DNA from: Ginglymostoma cirratum
Taxonomy: Eukaryota
Direction of reading: 5' to 3'
DNA: 64,000 nucleotides
NCBI GenBank assembly: GCA_024137785.1
Contig: JAHRHZ010000217.1
Coordinates: 10,345,601 to 10,409,600, forward strand
A model generated the notes under the pieces. It worked only from the letters and a program-made list of their open reading frames with translations. It was not told the DNA's origin and did not search any database. Of the stretch, positions 35,786 to 49,835 are shown piece by piece. The stretch's first letter is position 1. Every line of letters starts with the position of its first letter. A program made the position numbers and the translations under genes.

Positions 35786-36437
35786 ATCTAGGAGGCCCAG
35801 AACATGCCTAACCTTAATTGCTCATTCTATACCAGCCAAACAAACACCCAGATATTCACTGCTATACTTTACTACAGAAAGTTAGAAAAGTAAAAAAAAC
35901 TACTATGCATATAATATATATACGTAAAACTTATACACTAACATTCAGAATTAACATGAGGTAAACAGACAAACTGTGGTCAAACAACACCACAGAGCAC
36001 ATCAATTAGCAGATGTAGTTTAGACAGATCCCATGGATTTCTCAGAAATCTACTCAGATGTTAGTGACACTGGGAGTCATCAAATCTCAATAAAAGTTTA
36101 TCTCCTTCACAAAGGAAATCCAATCTTCCCTTTAAAAAATCTAGACTCTGAAATTCTTCAAATGTTGCTTTGATCTGGACTGCCTCAACAACTGTTCACC
36201 TCCCAGTGATTCAATCTCTTTCCCTACAACTTATTTCTACTGGACTCTTGCATCTTTTCTCCTGCACCTACTCCCAACACAACCCCAGCTCTTTTGCTGA
36301 CAGTTAATTTCTATAAACCTTCACTACCTCTGGCGTTCTCTGAATTCCAGACTCCTAGCTGCACTGAACTATAAAGTCTGCATCTTTGAGGTCCAAATGA
36401 TTCCTAGCATTTCAGAGGTAACAGAAGCACTTTAGAC

Positions 36438-36808
36438 AACATAGTGTAGAGCTGGAGGGTCACTGCAGGTCAGGCAGCTTCAGAGAAGCAGGAAATTTGA
36501 TGTTTTGGGTCAGAATTAAGGATGGGAAGGGTGTTGGGAAATAAATAGAGGGAGGAGGGATGGGGCTGGGGAAAGGTAGGTGCGATGGTGATAGGTGGAT
36601 GCAGATAGGGAGTGGTGGGGATTGGTCGGGTGGGATGGGTGGGGCAGATAGGTGGGAGAGAAGATGGACAGGTTGTGGCAGGTCAAGGAGGTTGGAGAGA
36701 GGATGGGTGGGACTGAGGAAAGGTAGGTGGGGTGCTGATAGGTGGATGCAGGTAGGGGGTGGTGGGGATTGGCTAGTAGGAAGGGTAGGGTGGATAGATG
36801 GGGAAGAA
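36438..36808 (-). mobile_element. Longer Penelope-like 3' fragment with G-rich tandem subrepeats; hammerhead core deleted
   Basis: 36438-36513 matches 3796-3870. The unit gataggtggatgcag.tagggn gtggtggggattgg occurs twice downstream (near 36590 and 36737). Confidence 0.7.
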
Positions 36809-38104
36809 TGTAATATTATTTCTTTTGCACCTCCCTCTATCTTGGCATCTATTACCCTCAAGGGCAAGTAAGTAACATCACGAGAACTAATTTCCAATTT
36901 GTGCAATCATCCTGAACTAACTGCAAGTCATTATTCTAATGCATCCTTCAACTTGTAGTTTACCTAGCCCTGTATCATTAGTGTCCTGCATTTCACCAAA
37001 TGTACTTTTCATCATGAATTATGAATGTCTGTTTTCAAGTCTGAATGATAATATTGGTGCACTGCTGCTTATTGATCTAAAACTCTGCAGTGCAACTACC
37101 TGTTGGCACTTGATCAAGAGAGCAGATGAAAATTTATGAGTCCAATAATTAAATGGTAACATATTAGGGTAAGAGGGATATTTGTTCTCCATATTATGAG
37201 GCATCTTGGTCTATAGCTTAATCAAAGTCCAACACAACTGATGTCCAATGATGTAGCCAAACAGCAACTGAAACTTTGGGAAGCTGCATATACAAGATTC
37301 AAGCAAATCTCATTCAGATCTTAAAGAAATATTTCGAATTGTTAGTCTCCGATGATGTAACTGAAGAATATGACTAGACATTGGAAGGGATTGACAACAT
37401 AAAAATTGAAGTTTCTGATCAGGCCTGATCTTCCATGAGGACTATCCAATCTGCTTGTTTATTGGGCCTTAACATTAGTATTTTAGTTTGAACACCCATT
37501 TCTTTATTCACATCTATTCCAAAAGTCTAAGCAGTTGTCAGACTTAACACCTTTGAAAGTCACCATCCCTAGTAATTGAACAACATTTACCTCTTGCACT
37601 TTGTATCTTTTCTGAGAGAACCTGCCACCAATTCCATTCCATCCCTACTCCATGTTCATTTTGCATTTAATCATGTGTGTTGTGTGAGTTAAGGCAGTGT
37701 AATTTGTCAAGTGGAAATTCGTTGCAAATGCAACTTTTAGAAAAAAAAAATTGTGAAACCACAATAACTTCACTTCACTTCCCATAGATAGCTTTCCTTG
37801 CTATTTTGTTGCATGTACTCCGAATGGCTTGGTCTATCCAAAGATTAGAATCAAAAACATCGTATTTATGTGTCCATGCATCTCATTGCTGCTTATTCTC
37901 ATACAATATAACTATTGCAAATTTCAAACATACCTGAAGTCACAGTTGCCCCTAAATTCATTCACTATATGGTGTGCTTTGAGACATTTTGATGGCGTGG
38001 CAATGCGCTATAATGAAGGGAAAAGCTGTTTAATATTCTCATTTCACCTTGTGTTCTTTCTAAAATTGTGCAACTTTAATTCAGCTCTTAAAGTTAATGA
38101 AAGG

Positions 38105-38510
38105 ATTTGATATGGGTAGGTCCAGAGAAAATATTGCCTTTGGTTGGGCAATCTGGAACAAAACATTAATGATACCCTTTCCTTGCAGAACTTAATCCCT
38201 GCCAATCAAAATGGGGTTGGGGAGGGACAGTGTAACAATAGTTTAAACTTAAAATTATAATCAGGAAGTTTGGTGGTGATATCAGATAGTAATTCTTCAT
38301 ACCTAAAATAGTGGAAATCAGGAACTCTTAACACACACTCCCCGCCTCCCTTTCACAAATTATTGAGGATAAGCCAGTTGAAGATGAGACTAAGTTATTA
38401 ATGGATACAGAACAAAGGTGGGTAAATGGAATTAAGCTAAAGAGCAACTCTGATCTAATTGAATGTACAACAGGCTCATAGGGATGAATGGCCTTTTCTG
38501 TTCCTAACTT
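38105..38510 (+). mobile_element. Decayed CR1 3' end
   Basis: aaaggatttgatatgggtag...gaatggccttttctgttcct. Confidence 0.55.
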
Positions 38511-38519
38511 CTTAAAGAT

Positions 38520-39330
38520 CTCCTTCCAGTTTCATCCCGATAATGATCCTGAGTTTATCGCTGCGATGTTCTGCCAAGGTTTTTGCCTGTGCACATTGAA
38601 TGAAAAAGGCTTTTCAAATTTGACACTGAGCCATTACTGAAAGCTTCTGCCACTGCTGAATGAATGATATTTTTTCTCTCATTTATACTGCTCAAGTGGC
38701 TCATTAGCTGCTTGAGAAGTGTGAAAGGAATGTTAGTACAGGTATGTCGTGATTGGTCAACTTTCTGTCTTCCCTGTTAATGAATTTGTTTTGCTCAAAA
38801 TCATTCGCAGGAAAATCACTGTCACCTGCCATTTTGTCTGACAGGGATGACATTCTAAAAGAAAGTGGGGTAACCAATCCTTTATTTAAAAATAAGAAGC
38901 ACTCTTATTATCTCCTCTCTTTGTCTTATTCCTGGTTTTAATATCACTGGTTCTCACAGTTCTAATTTCTCTCCTGCATTTCTTATCCCTATCGTCAGCT
39001 GATGATTGCAAATCTCACAGTAAAGGTTGTGAAATCTTGTAGAAATTTTCCTGGTATTACTGCATTATAACATGGGCATGGAAGTTTTCATGAGAGAACC
39101 TGTTGACTTGATGGTTGTAAATGCCACAGCAAAGATTGCGAAATTGAAGACATTTTTCCTGACATTGCTGCAGTGGAATATTGCATGAAAACTTTTCAGT
39201 GTCGTTAGAGAACCTGCTGAAGACTTCACGAAAACAACTTTTTTTGGCAGAAACTGTTGTCTAATCAGCCATAACATTTAGTCCAAACTGTACTGACTCC
39301 ACTCATCACTGCAACTTTGTCCAAAACTAG
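38520..39330. promoter_or_regulatory. Candidate enhancer / conserved non-coding block
   Basis: Unique, repeat-free sequence with TGACA, CTCATTAG, TTAATGA and E-box motifs. Confidence 0.3.
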
Positions 39331-40619
39331 TCAGCGTAAAACATGTGTTTATGAACATGTAACATTTATAATTAGAATATCTACTTAGTTTCAGTATATC
39401 CAAACAGAATAATTTGCTAAAATACACAATGTGGGCATTCAATTATAAAACTACTAGAGTTTATAACTATAATGAGGTATTTAAGTACAAGAACAGAGAA
39501 TTTTATTATTTGCAATGTTTATTAAACCTGGACTTTACCAAAATTTGGAAAAGTACTGCTCTGACTTTTTGCTTTTATCATAAACAACATTTTATCATGG
39601 CCAATGTCAAATCATATTTCTGTTTGGGAAAGAATATATCTGCTAATTAACCTAGAATTTCTTGGAGTTATGGTTGTTCTTAGATCTGAAATATACAAAC
39701 ATACAGGGGAAGGTTGTAAGAGCAGCTGCAACTAGGTGTGACGTTGAACTAGTTACTCATCACAGACCTCATCCAATTTTCCGCTTACATCAATAGAAGG
39801 ATAAATCCAGTGTAACATATGACAGGTAGCCATGCTGATATCACATATTATACACTATTATCCATTGCAAGTATTGACATTTAAAAGAAAAAAGTCTGGG
39901 ACTGTGAGTGCAATTTTAACCTCGTCTATAGGAATGGGAACATGAGTGTTTTACACCATGACCAATTTTATTCTCCAGCGGAAACTAGTGAATATAAAAC
40001 CCAGTTCCACTGGATTTCTGCCCAATGAGTCAGATTAAAATTAGCGCCAAAGTGAAGATTAAACTAAGGCACCCAATCCTCAATGTTTCTTATATGGGGG
40101 CCTAAGCTAAAATCACCCCTGTCAATCTGATTGTGTTTCAGTTGCTTGCATTTTCTCTAACAATATTTATTTTGCCTGTCTGTAGTCCCAAAGTCTGTTC
40201 CTTTTCAACTTTTAAAATAACTATTTTCAAACCATACCTACTGAACAACATCCCTTTAATTAAGTTAAATTAATAGGGACCAGCTTTAATTTGGCTTCCT
40301 GTACCAGCTAAAATCTGCTAACAGTGATCTCTGTCTTTTATTCTTATTACAGGAGAAATTTGCCATGGTTGGTTTATTTTTATTTCCTTCATCTGCTAGG
40401 TCTCTCTAAGCCTGTCACACTTCCTGTATGGGAAGACAGTAGGTTCATTGCCTTTACCAACATCCATTTTACCTGCCATATATTTTTTCTAATGCACTCC
40501 TTCTTTTGTCTTTTCCTGTCCTGAGGCCAATGGTTTAGTCTGTGTATGGCTCAACAGCAGTCTTTCAACAATGTTCTGCTATGGTTCTGCATAGATTCCA
40601 TTGTTTTAATTGAAGAGGA

Positions 40620-41040
40620 CATGGATGGGGAGCTGAATATTGATGGGTGAGGGACAGTTGGGAATGTGAGGAAACCAAGAAAATGATGGAGTTGTAGCTC
40701 TGTTAGTTAAGATGGTATTAGTACAATAGAAATGGATGACCTAATTTCAGAAAACCTGAATGTAGAATAGTTTGGGTAGAGATGAGAAATGATAAAGACA
40801 AAAAGTCACATGTGGGAGTGGTGTACAGGCTTCCTAACAATAACCACATGATCGGATGGATCAAAAAGAAAGAAATGACTGGAGCTTGACACAAATATAC
40901 AATAATAATCCCCATTAGAGATTGTAGCTTACATAAGCCCTGGATGAGCCAGATGGGCAAAGGTAGTCTAAATAAGAGTTGATAGAATGTTTTCAGGATA
41001 GTTTCTTGGACTAGCATGTTCTGGAGTCAACCACAGAACA
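40620..41040 (+). mobile_element. Decayed CR1 endonuclease fragment
   Basis: Encodes IVWVEMRNDKDKKSHVGVVYRLPN and FLD.HVLEST, an APE-like CR1 EN motif. Confidence 0.75.
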
Positions 41041-41044
41041 GTAC

Positions 41045-43800
41045 GCCATTGCCACAAGTGGTTTCTTGCCATTATCATTCCTTGCATCTTGAAACTATGT
41101 GGGGACTGAACGTCATGATCAGCAAGGTACTGGATGATGAGCAGTATCCACTATCAACCCCTAAGATGTGAAAGCAGAGTTAGCAAGATCCAAGATATCC
41201 ACTATCCATTTGTCCCATGCTAATGCACAGCTTCATGTAGATTAAGAGAGTCATGATAGTAAACACAAACATGGGATTATGCTCCTGCATGAAACTGCCC
41301 TATGGTGTGAAGTTTTTACCAAATATTTTCTAAACCATAACGGATATAATTTTGTGAAGAACGTAACTTGAATCTTATAATCAGGATTATGTGTTGATTT
41401 AGACTGCAACAGAGGAGGTAAATCTTCAAGTGTGGAATAAAATACTAAAAAATACTAAATGAATCACAATGTGAAGTTGACAAGGAGAAAGTGTGCTTTT
41501 CTTCAAACCACAGTAGTGTAGCTTGACCTCATAAATCAATGCAAAAAGGCTATAACCAATGAGAGAAGACAAAAGCTGCAGTCAAAGCTTCAAATCCAGA
41601 AGGTGGGTCTGAGCTCAGGTTTTTTCAAGGCACGGCCCAATATTATGACAATTTCTGCCTGACATTATAATGGTATTAGCTCCACTTCATGAGTTATTGA
41701 AGAACAATGTGAAACAGAAATAGCCAAAAGCATAAGGTGCTTATGATGCGTGTGACAGAAGCTTGATAATGATACAATGCTCATTCATGACAATAAAAAG
41801 CATTAACTGAAGCAAGTGTTTTGATACTTCAAACTATGGAATTGGGACAGTGATCAGTCAAGAGTCATAATAGTCAAGAGAAATCCATAGCATTTGATTC
41901 ACATACTCTGACCAAGAATGAGTGCAACTACGAACAGATGTCCATCTGCAGCGGCTTCAATGACCTTCCCTCCATCATAAGGTCACAAGTGGGGATGGTC
42001 GCCGATGATTGCACAATGCTCAGCACTATTCATGACTCCTCAGATACTGAAGCAGTCCACGTTCAAATTCAACAAGACCTGAACAATATCCAGGCTTGGA
42101 CTGATAATGTGAGAAGAAACATTCATTCTACACAAATGCCAGGCAATGACTATCTCCAATAAATGACAATCTAACCACTGTATTTGAATCCCTCATTATC
42201 AACCCTTGGCGATTACCATTGATCAGAAACTCAACTGGACTCACCATATAAAGAAAAGAGGCTACAAGAACAGTTCAGAGGCTTGGAATACTGCAGTGAG
42301 TAACTCCCTTTCCGACTCACCAAAGCCCTTCCAGCATCTTCAAGGCACAAGTCAGGAGTGTGATGGAATACTCCCCACTTGCTTCAATGGGTGAATCTCC
42401 AACAGCACTCAAGGAGCTTGCCACCACCCAACACAAAGCATCCCGCTTGATTGGTAACACATCCACAAGCGTCCACTCCCTCCACCACTGATGCTCAGTG
42501 GCAGCAGTGTGTACTATCTAAAAGATGCACAGCAGAAATTCACCAAAGATCCTTAGACAGCACCTTCCAAACCCACGACCACTTGCATCTAGAATGATAA
42601 GGTCAGTAGGTAGAGTGGAACACTACCACCTGCAATTTCCCTTCCAAGCCATTCATCATCCTTATTTGGAAATATATTGCCATTCTTTCACTGTAGCTGG
42701 ATTAATATCCTGGAATTTCTTCCCTCAGGGCATTGTGGGTCTACTGTAGCACATGGACTGTAATGGTTCAAGAAGGCAGCTCACCACCACCTTCTCAAGG
42801 GCAATTATGGACGGACCATAAATGCTGGACGGCCAGTGATGCCCACATCCCAAAAGCAAGTAAATTTTTAAAAAGTGTAATGGAATTATCTTTGGAATCA
42901 AAACATTTCCTGGGTATGTTTAAGTTGATGTTCGTTACAGATCATAAATCCTTAATGGCTTTTCCTGGTCCAAAATTTGCTAAACATTGATTGCAGCAAC
43001 CAGAATGCAGTAATAAGCTATATCCTTCTATCGCACTATGATGGCAACATTGAAGAATGCAGCTCCTAGGGAAGGGATATAGATGATGCACTGTCATTTT
43101 TGCCACATGAAGAAAAGCAAGCTGTGAAGGCACAATCTTCACAAGAGTAGTAATAAATTAGGAGCTTCCAATCACTGCAAATGCAATTGCTGCTGAAATT
43201 AAGATGTTGAATGGTTGGATAAAGATTGACTGATGAGCAGATGAAGCACTGAATTCATTTCACGCTTATTGTAATAAGTTGTCATGTGAACAGGGGTTGC
43301 ATTAAGTGGGGTCATAGAGTGGTGGTACTTAGTTCTTTAAGAGATGCTGGCTGAATGTCATATTGAATACACAGAAATAGCATGAAACCCATTGCCAGAG
43401 GTTGTGTTCATTGGCCTATTCTAAAGATTGCAAACATACCATTTACCGGAACCAAAGATGTAAGCTGCCAAAACATGTTTATAAGATGGTCATGAGCAAT
43501 TGTTCAAAGAGTGCATACAGACTTTTGTGGAAAAAAAAGCAAGTGGAATTGAATGGAGAAAGGGAGGAAGACTAAAACAATATGAATGTTAATTGGAATT
43601 AACTTGGATTCCACACATAAAATACAGACTGTTAATAAACCTGCTGGGATTATGAAACACAATGGTATAATTGTGGATCAGAATAAAGCTGTAGGAGATT
43701 GTCTGTATTTTAATGAGACAAAGACTTGGGGGATATGTAGTATGCAAACTTAACTCCCTTCATCATGGTCATAGGAATGTCAATAATTTTGTCAAGAACA
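41045..43800 (+). mobile_element. Highly decayed Gypsy (K02A2.6-like) pol relic, split by a LINE at 41945-42873
   Basis: Colinear pieces: KLCGD..VMISKVLDDEQYPLSTP, LSHA.AQL, VNTNMGL..KLPYGV (RT); FVTDHKSLMAF.GPK, IAATRMQ (RNase H); WGHRVVVLSSLR, MKPIARGCVHWP, QRVHTDFCG (integrase). Confidence 0.75.
41945..42873 (+). mobile_element. CR1/L2-group LINE (family C), from RT motif to 3' end
   Basis: FNDLPSIIRSQVGMVADDCT...QQDLNNIQAW; nucleotide match to 9053-9851. Confidence 0.9.
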
Positions 43801-43804
43801 CAGG

Positions 43805-44065
43805 AAGATGAAGAGAAACTTCTTCAGCCAGAGAGTGGTGAATTAATGGAATTCATTGCCACAGAAGGCTGTGGAGGCCAGGTCATTGAGTACATTTAAG
43901 ACTGAGATAGATAGGTTCTTTATTATCAAGGGGATCAAGGGTTACTGGGAGAAAGCAGGAGAATGGGATTGAGGAACTTATCAGCCATGATTGAATGGCG
44001 AGCAGACCCGATGGGCCAAATGGCCTAATTTCTGCTCCTATGTCTTATGGTCTTATTGTCTTATG
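43805..44065 (+). mobile_element. Young CR1 3' end with (GTCTTAT)n tail
   Basis: gagaaacttcttcagccagagagtggtgaat...ctgctcctatgtcttatggtcttattgtcttatg. Confidence 0.85.
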
Positions 44066-44232
44066 CGGAAAGTGTCATGACAGAAACTTAAACCTTGAGC
44101 TTAGTTAGAATATGCACACTCTAAATAAAGAATTACTTTGAAAAGTCTTAAGATTCAAGCTGCATCTCTTTCATAGGGTGCATTTTACACATCCTTTAAG
44201 AGATCACACAACAACAATAAAAAAGAAAATAC

Positions 44233-44505
44233 CTTTTTTATTCACTCCTGGGATATGGGTGTCGCCATCTAGACCAGCATTTATCACCCTTGAGAAAATG
44301 GTGGTGAGTTGCCTGTCAGGCAATTTCACAATTTTGATCCAATGACAGAGAAGGAATGGTAATATACTTCCAAGTCAGGATGGTGAGTGGCTTGGAGGGG
44401 AACCTGCACCTGGTGATGTTTTCATGTGTCTGCTCCCTTTGCCCTTTGAGGTGGAAGTTGTTGGTGCAGTCTGAGGAAGCTTGGTGAATTTTTGCAGTGT
44501 ACCTT
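44233..44505 (-). mobile_element. LINE family C 3' tail
   Basis: Reverse-complement match to 9510-9850 with internal deletions. Confidence 0.7.
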
Positions 44506-46619
44506 GGGCGTCCATTCAATCTAATCTTCAAAAAATGCATCTTTACCTTCAATGCTTATTCACCAGCTGACCCTGGCACACCCTGACTAGCTGTGGGAAA
44601 GAAGACTTCTCAGCACCCACAGTTTTATGCCACATGCATCTCTGTAGCTGAATTTCAAAACTCCAGGGACATTTATTCTACCTCTCCTGCTCTTCACGTC
44701 TCCAGATTTCCTTCAGCACTATGATGCTTTTATCCTACTTGGGCCATGACAAAGATTCTGCTCTTCTTCGAGATGCTGGAAGGCATAACAATCCACAGCA
44801 GCCCCCAACTTCCTGCTCCTCATCAGTGAACTTCCCATGAAAAATGTGTTTAGCACTGGCAGTATGCCTACTGCATTCTAATGAGGGGTGCCCTGGAAAA
44901 TGAGGTAAGCTCCCCACCAACTCTCCTGGGCTGGCATTGCTGCCAATCCACCAGGAGCACCCTGCACTTCACATGTTTTAATGACCTCTTTGGTTTAAAA
45001 TGGGGGAGCTGCAGTTTTAACAGGCGCAGCTTTAACTTTGATGAGTTGAAAAGATCAAGAAAAATTAAATAGTAACTGGAGTACAGCTTTCACCACAAAC
45101 ACCTGAATTTCGCTGACATTGAATTTGAAGTGAATTATCTTCCAATCCAACCTTCAAATGTTCATCTTCATCTTTTCTATTTTTAAGTGCTAGACTTCAT
45201 AAAATTCTAGCAGAGTTTAAAGTTACAATAATCACAATGCATCATGGTTTATTTGTACCATACATGCTCCCAATTTTAAGTCCCATAGCAATCATCCGAA
45301 TTAGTAACTTTATTTAGTTTATTAACTTCTTTGCTTCGGCAATTTCCTGATGACATTTTTTTAATGTTTTTTGAAACCAATATTGCACCCAGAGTTCTAA
45401 TGCTCCTCAATCTGAATTATTTTCTTCACGAAGATCTAACATTTCTTGGCAAAAAAAAAAGTATTATACTTTATTTTCATGGTCAATCAGTTTGAATGCT
45501 CCATAAAATACACAAATCTGTTTTTGCAGCTGTATGATATGCTTGGCAAAAAATGCAGCATGTATCAAAAAATTCAGACAGCCTTTTATTACTCTCATCA
45601 ACTTTGGGAAATTTTTAATGAAGAACTTGACTACTTCCCAGTGAGATTTCAAATGCTTAACCAAATGACTCTCTTCTTTTTATTAGAATCTCTAAATAAG
45701 TGCTGCTATCAGCATCTTTGTCCAGCCTTCAGATTATGTTGGAATCTATTGTTCAATGTTCCTGATTTTCTCATTTTCCTAACTTTCAGCGCTTATTTTA
45801 CTTAAATTGTACGTTCATGCTCAAATGGAAATATGGATGTTTAATTTATGAATCCCAGTTGCTTTCAAATCCCAGAAAACATCTGGCATGCATTTCTGTT
45901 ATCCCATATATGTTACCAATTTTATCAGCCAAAATTGCTCATAAAGCATACTACACAGAACTGGGCTTGTTTAGAATGGGTTTGGTGCCCTATGGAGATT
46001 TTATGCAATGCCAACAGCAATTCAAAATATATATCTTGGTTATGTTATGCTATGCTACAATGAATCACATTATGTTATATTAGTGAACATACTATAAAAA
46101 CAGATCAAATGACATGACTATATTCTCAGTAATTTGATAGCTTTAGAGGGTTGCTTTCAAAATTTAATTTGTTTGTTTTGCTGCTTTTTAAGAAAGTATA
46201 TATATCAAACACTCATTGATGTTCTTTGAAATATGACATATGATTTAGTTATATGTACCCCTGAGCTGTTCACATTAATTGAATGGTTACGGCATCACAT
46301 GATATCATCTATAAACTCAGATTCAATAATATGGTAATCTTAAAATGTAAAAATTCTAAATATGAAAGAATATAGATTTCTGGAGCAGCAAGTTGTCTTT
46401 CATTAGAATCTAGTTGATCTCCTGAAGTCACAAATGCAATAGGGCGAAGAATATGTCTGTCTTTGATGTCCTTGTACCTCCAACTTCAACACCTCTTTTG
46501 TGATTTTGTCTGTCTCCTTCTCTTCACCGTTTCTTCCTCAGAGTTATTCTTGCTTCTCTCCCAGCCCTCTTCCCAGCATCTTCTATCTTTTTTCACAATT
46601 TCTAGCTCCTTTGCTTTTA

Positions 46620-47093
46620 ATTGGTTTACCAGGATGCTGCCTGAATTAGAGGGTATGAACTATAAGGAAAGGCTAGAAAAGCTAGGGTTATTTCTCTGGA
46701 GGGGCAGGCGCTGAGGGGAGACTTGATTAGAAGCCTATAAAATCATGAGATACATAGGTAGAGTTGACGGTCAGAATCTTTTTCCCAGAGTTGAAATATC
46801 TAATACTAGGGGGCATGCATTTAAGGTGAGGGGTGGAAGTTCAAAGGAGATGTGAGAGGCAATTTTTTTACACAGGGAGTGGTAGGAGTCTGGAACATGC
46901 TGGTGGGGTAGTGCTGGAGGCAGATAGCATAGGGGCATTTAAGGGACTCTTAAATAAGGGCATGAATATGCAAGGAATGGAGGGATATGGACCAAGGGCA
47001 GGCAGAAGGGACTGGTTTAATTTGGCATCATGTTCGGCACAACATCGTGGGCTGAAGGATCCATTCCTATGCCATACAGTTCTATGTTCTATG
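46620..47093 (+). mobile_element. CR1 3' fragment
   Basis: FTRMLPELEGMNYKERLEKLGLF...LRGDL; tail ttctatgttctatg. Confidence 0.9.
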
Positions 47094-47559
47094 ATCCACT
47101 CAGCTCTTACATTCATTGCACACCATTGTTTCTGCATTATGTTGCATCCTTTATCCACATATTCATGCTCTGACATTCTTTTCTCAAGAGTGGCTATCAA
47201 CATCAATTTCAATAAGATTCTTTCCTCCACACACACCAACTAGCCCTTTATTTACTCTTCTCAAACAGGCTACATTTGTCTTCAAAATTTATTCTTTAAA
47301 AATAATCACAATAAAATAAGGAAAGATGTCTGTCATCCTTTACTACCATAGGTATTTTTATATTATGTTCCTTCTTTCTCTTTGTCCCAATTGCTTTAGG
47401 AATTAGAATCTCTGATAATATTCTAAGCTATTTGTGCCTAGCATTAACATTTTCATAATTGCAACAATTCTCATTTCTCAAGTGAAGAGAAGCGTGAAAG
47501 GTATCTTGATCAAGAGAAGACTAATTATTTTTGGAATATAAGTTTGAGACAATGATAAG

Positions 47560-48230
47560 TAGGACAATGTTGTGTTTTAGAAAATGGACGAGGTGTGTTT
47601 TTCATTTTGATTTTGTAACCCGAAGTTCAAAAGGGGAACTGTGCTGTGTTCACTTATTGGTTACGGAAGATCACGTGATTCTTGAAGAAGCTGGATTTGA
47701 TACTTCCGTGAGACAAGCTGGCACCAGGTGCATTTATGTTGAAAATCTACCTAGTAATAGCTGAATTATCTGTAGAATTGAGGCTCTTCTATCTGCGTGC
47801 GGTCAACAACAATATGATATTATTGCCAAAACCAAAAGAGTTGGGAAAAAGTCACTTCACCCTTGTGGGGGGTTTAAAAACTCGATCCACAGAATTTGTT
47901 CGTTTTCTCCCCTACGTTTTCTACCTGTGATATTAATGCAGAGCTATCTGTCTTCACATTCCTATTTGTGAATGAATGTTTAGGTTTAAAATGGGCATAG
48001 TTTAGGTTTACATAGCTGTAGTTAATAATGAATTTTTGCCATTTGTTACAAAATAAACATGTTAAGAATATATTTTTGTTTATTGATGAAACTAGGTGTG
48101 AGTTTCTTTTGTCCTAGACAACGGTCAAAGTTAGGCAAATTAATTACCTTGGTGATTCAGCTGGTCATTTATCATTTTATCTTTTTTTTATCTTGATGAC
48201 CAGCACACACTTCACATCAGGGTTGTGACA
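47560..48230 (+). mobile_element. Possible solo-LTR-like insert inside a decayed CR1 (which continues at 48231-48570)
   Basis: Ends in GTGACA, has internal AATAAA near 48052 and TGTAAC at 47614. CR1-like sequence on both sides. Confidence 0.35.
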
Positions 48231-48819
48231 ATAGAGTTTATCGCAAGTGTGAAGTCTTTTGCTGGATTAGATGCAGAGAAGCCCTTTCCACTCTTGTCAG
48301 AGTTGAAAATTCGGCCAGGTATGAAAGGTAGTCACCAACAAATACAAAAAGGCATTCAAAAGAAACTTCTTAACTCAACAAGTGATTAGAATATGTAATG
48401 TTCTAGTGTGTTTGAGATGAATGGCATTGGTGTGTTCAAAAGGAAGCTGTTTAAGTTTTTACATGGAGGAGAAGGAATAGAAGGTTGTATTAATAGGTGA
48501 TGAAAAGTGTAGAGCAGAAACACTGATGTAGACATGTTGGATTAAATTGCCTCTTCCTGTGCTATAATTTCTAGATTATCCACAGAAACTTAAGGTTAGT
48601 TGGCTTCAAAATCAACTTGCTCACTTTGTTAACAATTGAGGTATTATCTATGACCTCACTCTCTCCTTGATTCATGTTTTTCCTGTCTCCCCCCTGACCT
48701 TAACACATTTTCTCAAACAACAGAACACAGAAACAAGAATTATTGTAGTATATGTCATTTTAAATCATCCTCACACATCAAGTCTCCACAGGAAAAGACC
48801 AATTCCAGAAGCAAAAAGA

Positions 48820-49150
48820 CAGACTAGATGAAGGGATGATGTTTCCCCTGGGACAGGAGTCTGGAACCATCTCAGGATATGTGGTGGCCCATTTAAGACT
48901 GAGCTGAGGAAATATTTATTTACTCAGAGGTTGGGCAACCTGAGGAATTTTCTGCTACAGAAGGCTGTGGAGGCCAAGTCACAGAGTTTATTCAGGAAAA
49001 AGATTAATAACTTTTCAGATATTAAAGGCATCAAGGTGTATGGGAAGAAAGCTGTATAATGGCACTGAGAGTAGAAGATCAGCCAAGATCAAATTGAATG
49101 ACAGAGCCAGCTCCAAGGGCTGAATGACCTACTCCACCTCTTAGTTTCTA
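48820..49150 (+). mobile_element. CR1 3' fragment
   Basis: gatgtttcccctgg...aagactgagctgagga...aagggctgaatgacctactcc. Confidence 0.8.
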
Positions 49151-49835
49151 ACGATATATCCCCTGTGAAGTATGTCAACTCTTTCGTTTGCATTTTATAG
49201 ATTTTGTTAAAGCCGTATTTGGAAGTATGAAATTTAGGTTACTGTGAAATATTTCTACTGAGAAAAATTTCATAAAGCAATTTTAAAAAATTATGGGGAC
49301 CCCAGAGCAGATTTTGCAGTCTTCAAGCAATGTACTCTGACTATAAAAGAGCAGTTATTTTCTGTCACAATTATTATTGAAATATCCTTTCATAATCTGA
49401 GTTAGTAGGTACTGGAAATACTTTCAATGTGTTTTCAATGAAACACACACCTCATCTGAACTAAATGGCGATTAATTGTTCTTTAAAAATTATAGGTAAA
49501 ATGTTGGATTACTTATGAGCTCCTGTGCATAATTTCAGAGACCAACAAGAAGAATTGAAGCATACAAGATAGAGTGAGTAAAATTCTATGGATTGAACAT
49601 GATCGGCAAATGCAACAATATACATATATATTATATATGAGCAGGCTAAAAAAATTGAAATTAGGATGTTTACGTTGCTAAAATGGTGGACGAGGACATG
49701 TTTTTATTTGTGCATCAGATATTTTCTCTCCTTCCCTTGTTAGGAGCAGTGCTCCCTTGTTACGCGGTGCTCCTTCATTATCTGGGCGAGGCATGCAATG
49801 TCACTTGCTGACAAAAGTGAACAGAGCTTGTTAAT

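Noticed and set aside
36460-36906. Pro-rich and Gly/Trp-rich ORFs
   Set aside because: Translations of the G-skewed tandem region of a mobile element.
45080-46083. AT-rich stretch with several overlapping ORFs, possibly an old transposon relic
   Set aside because: I could not identify any diagnostic motif in either orientation.
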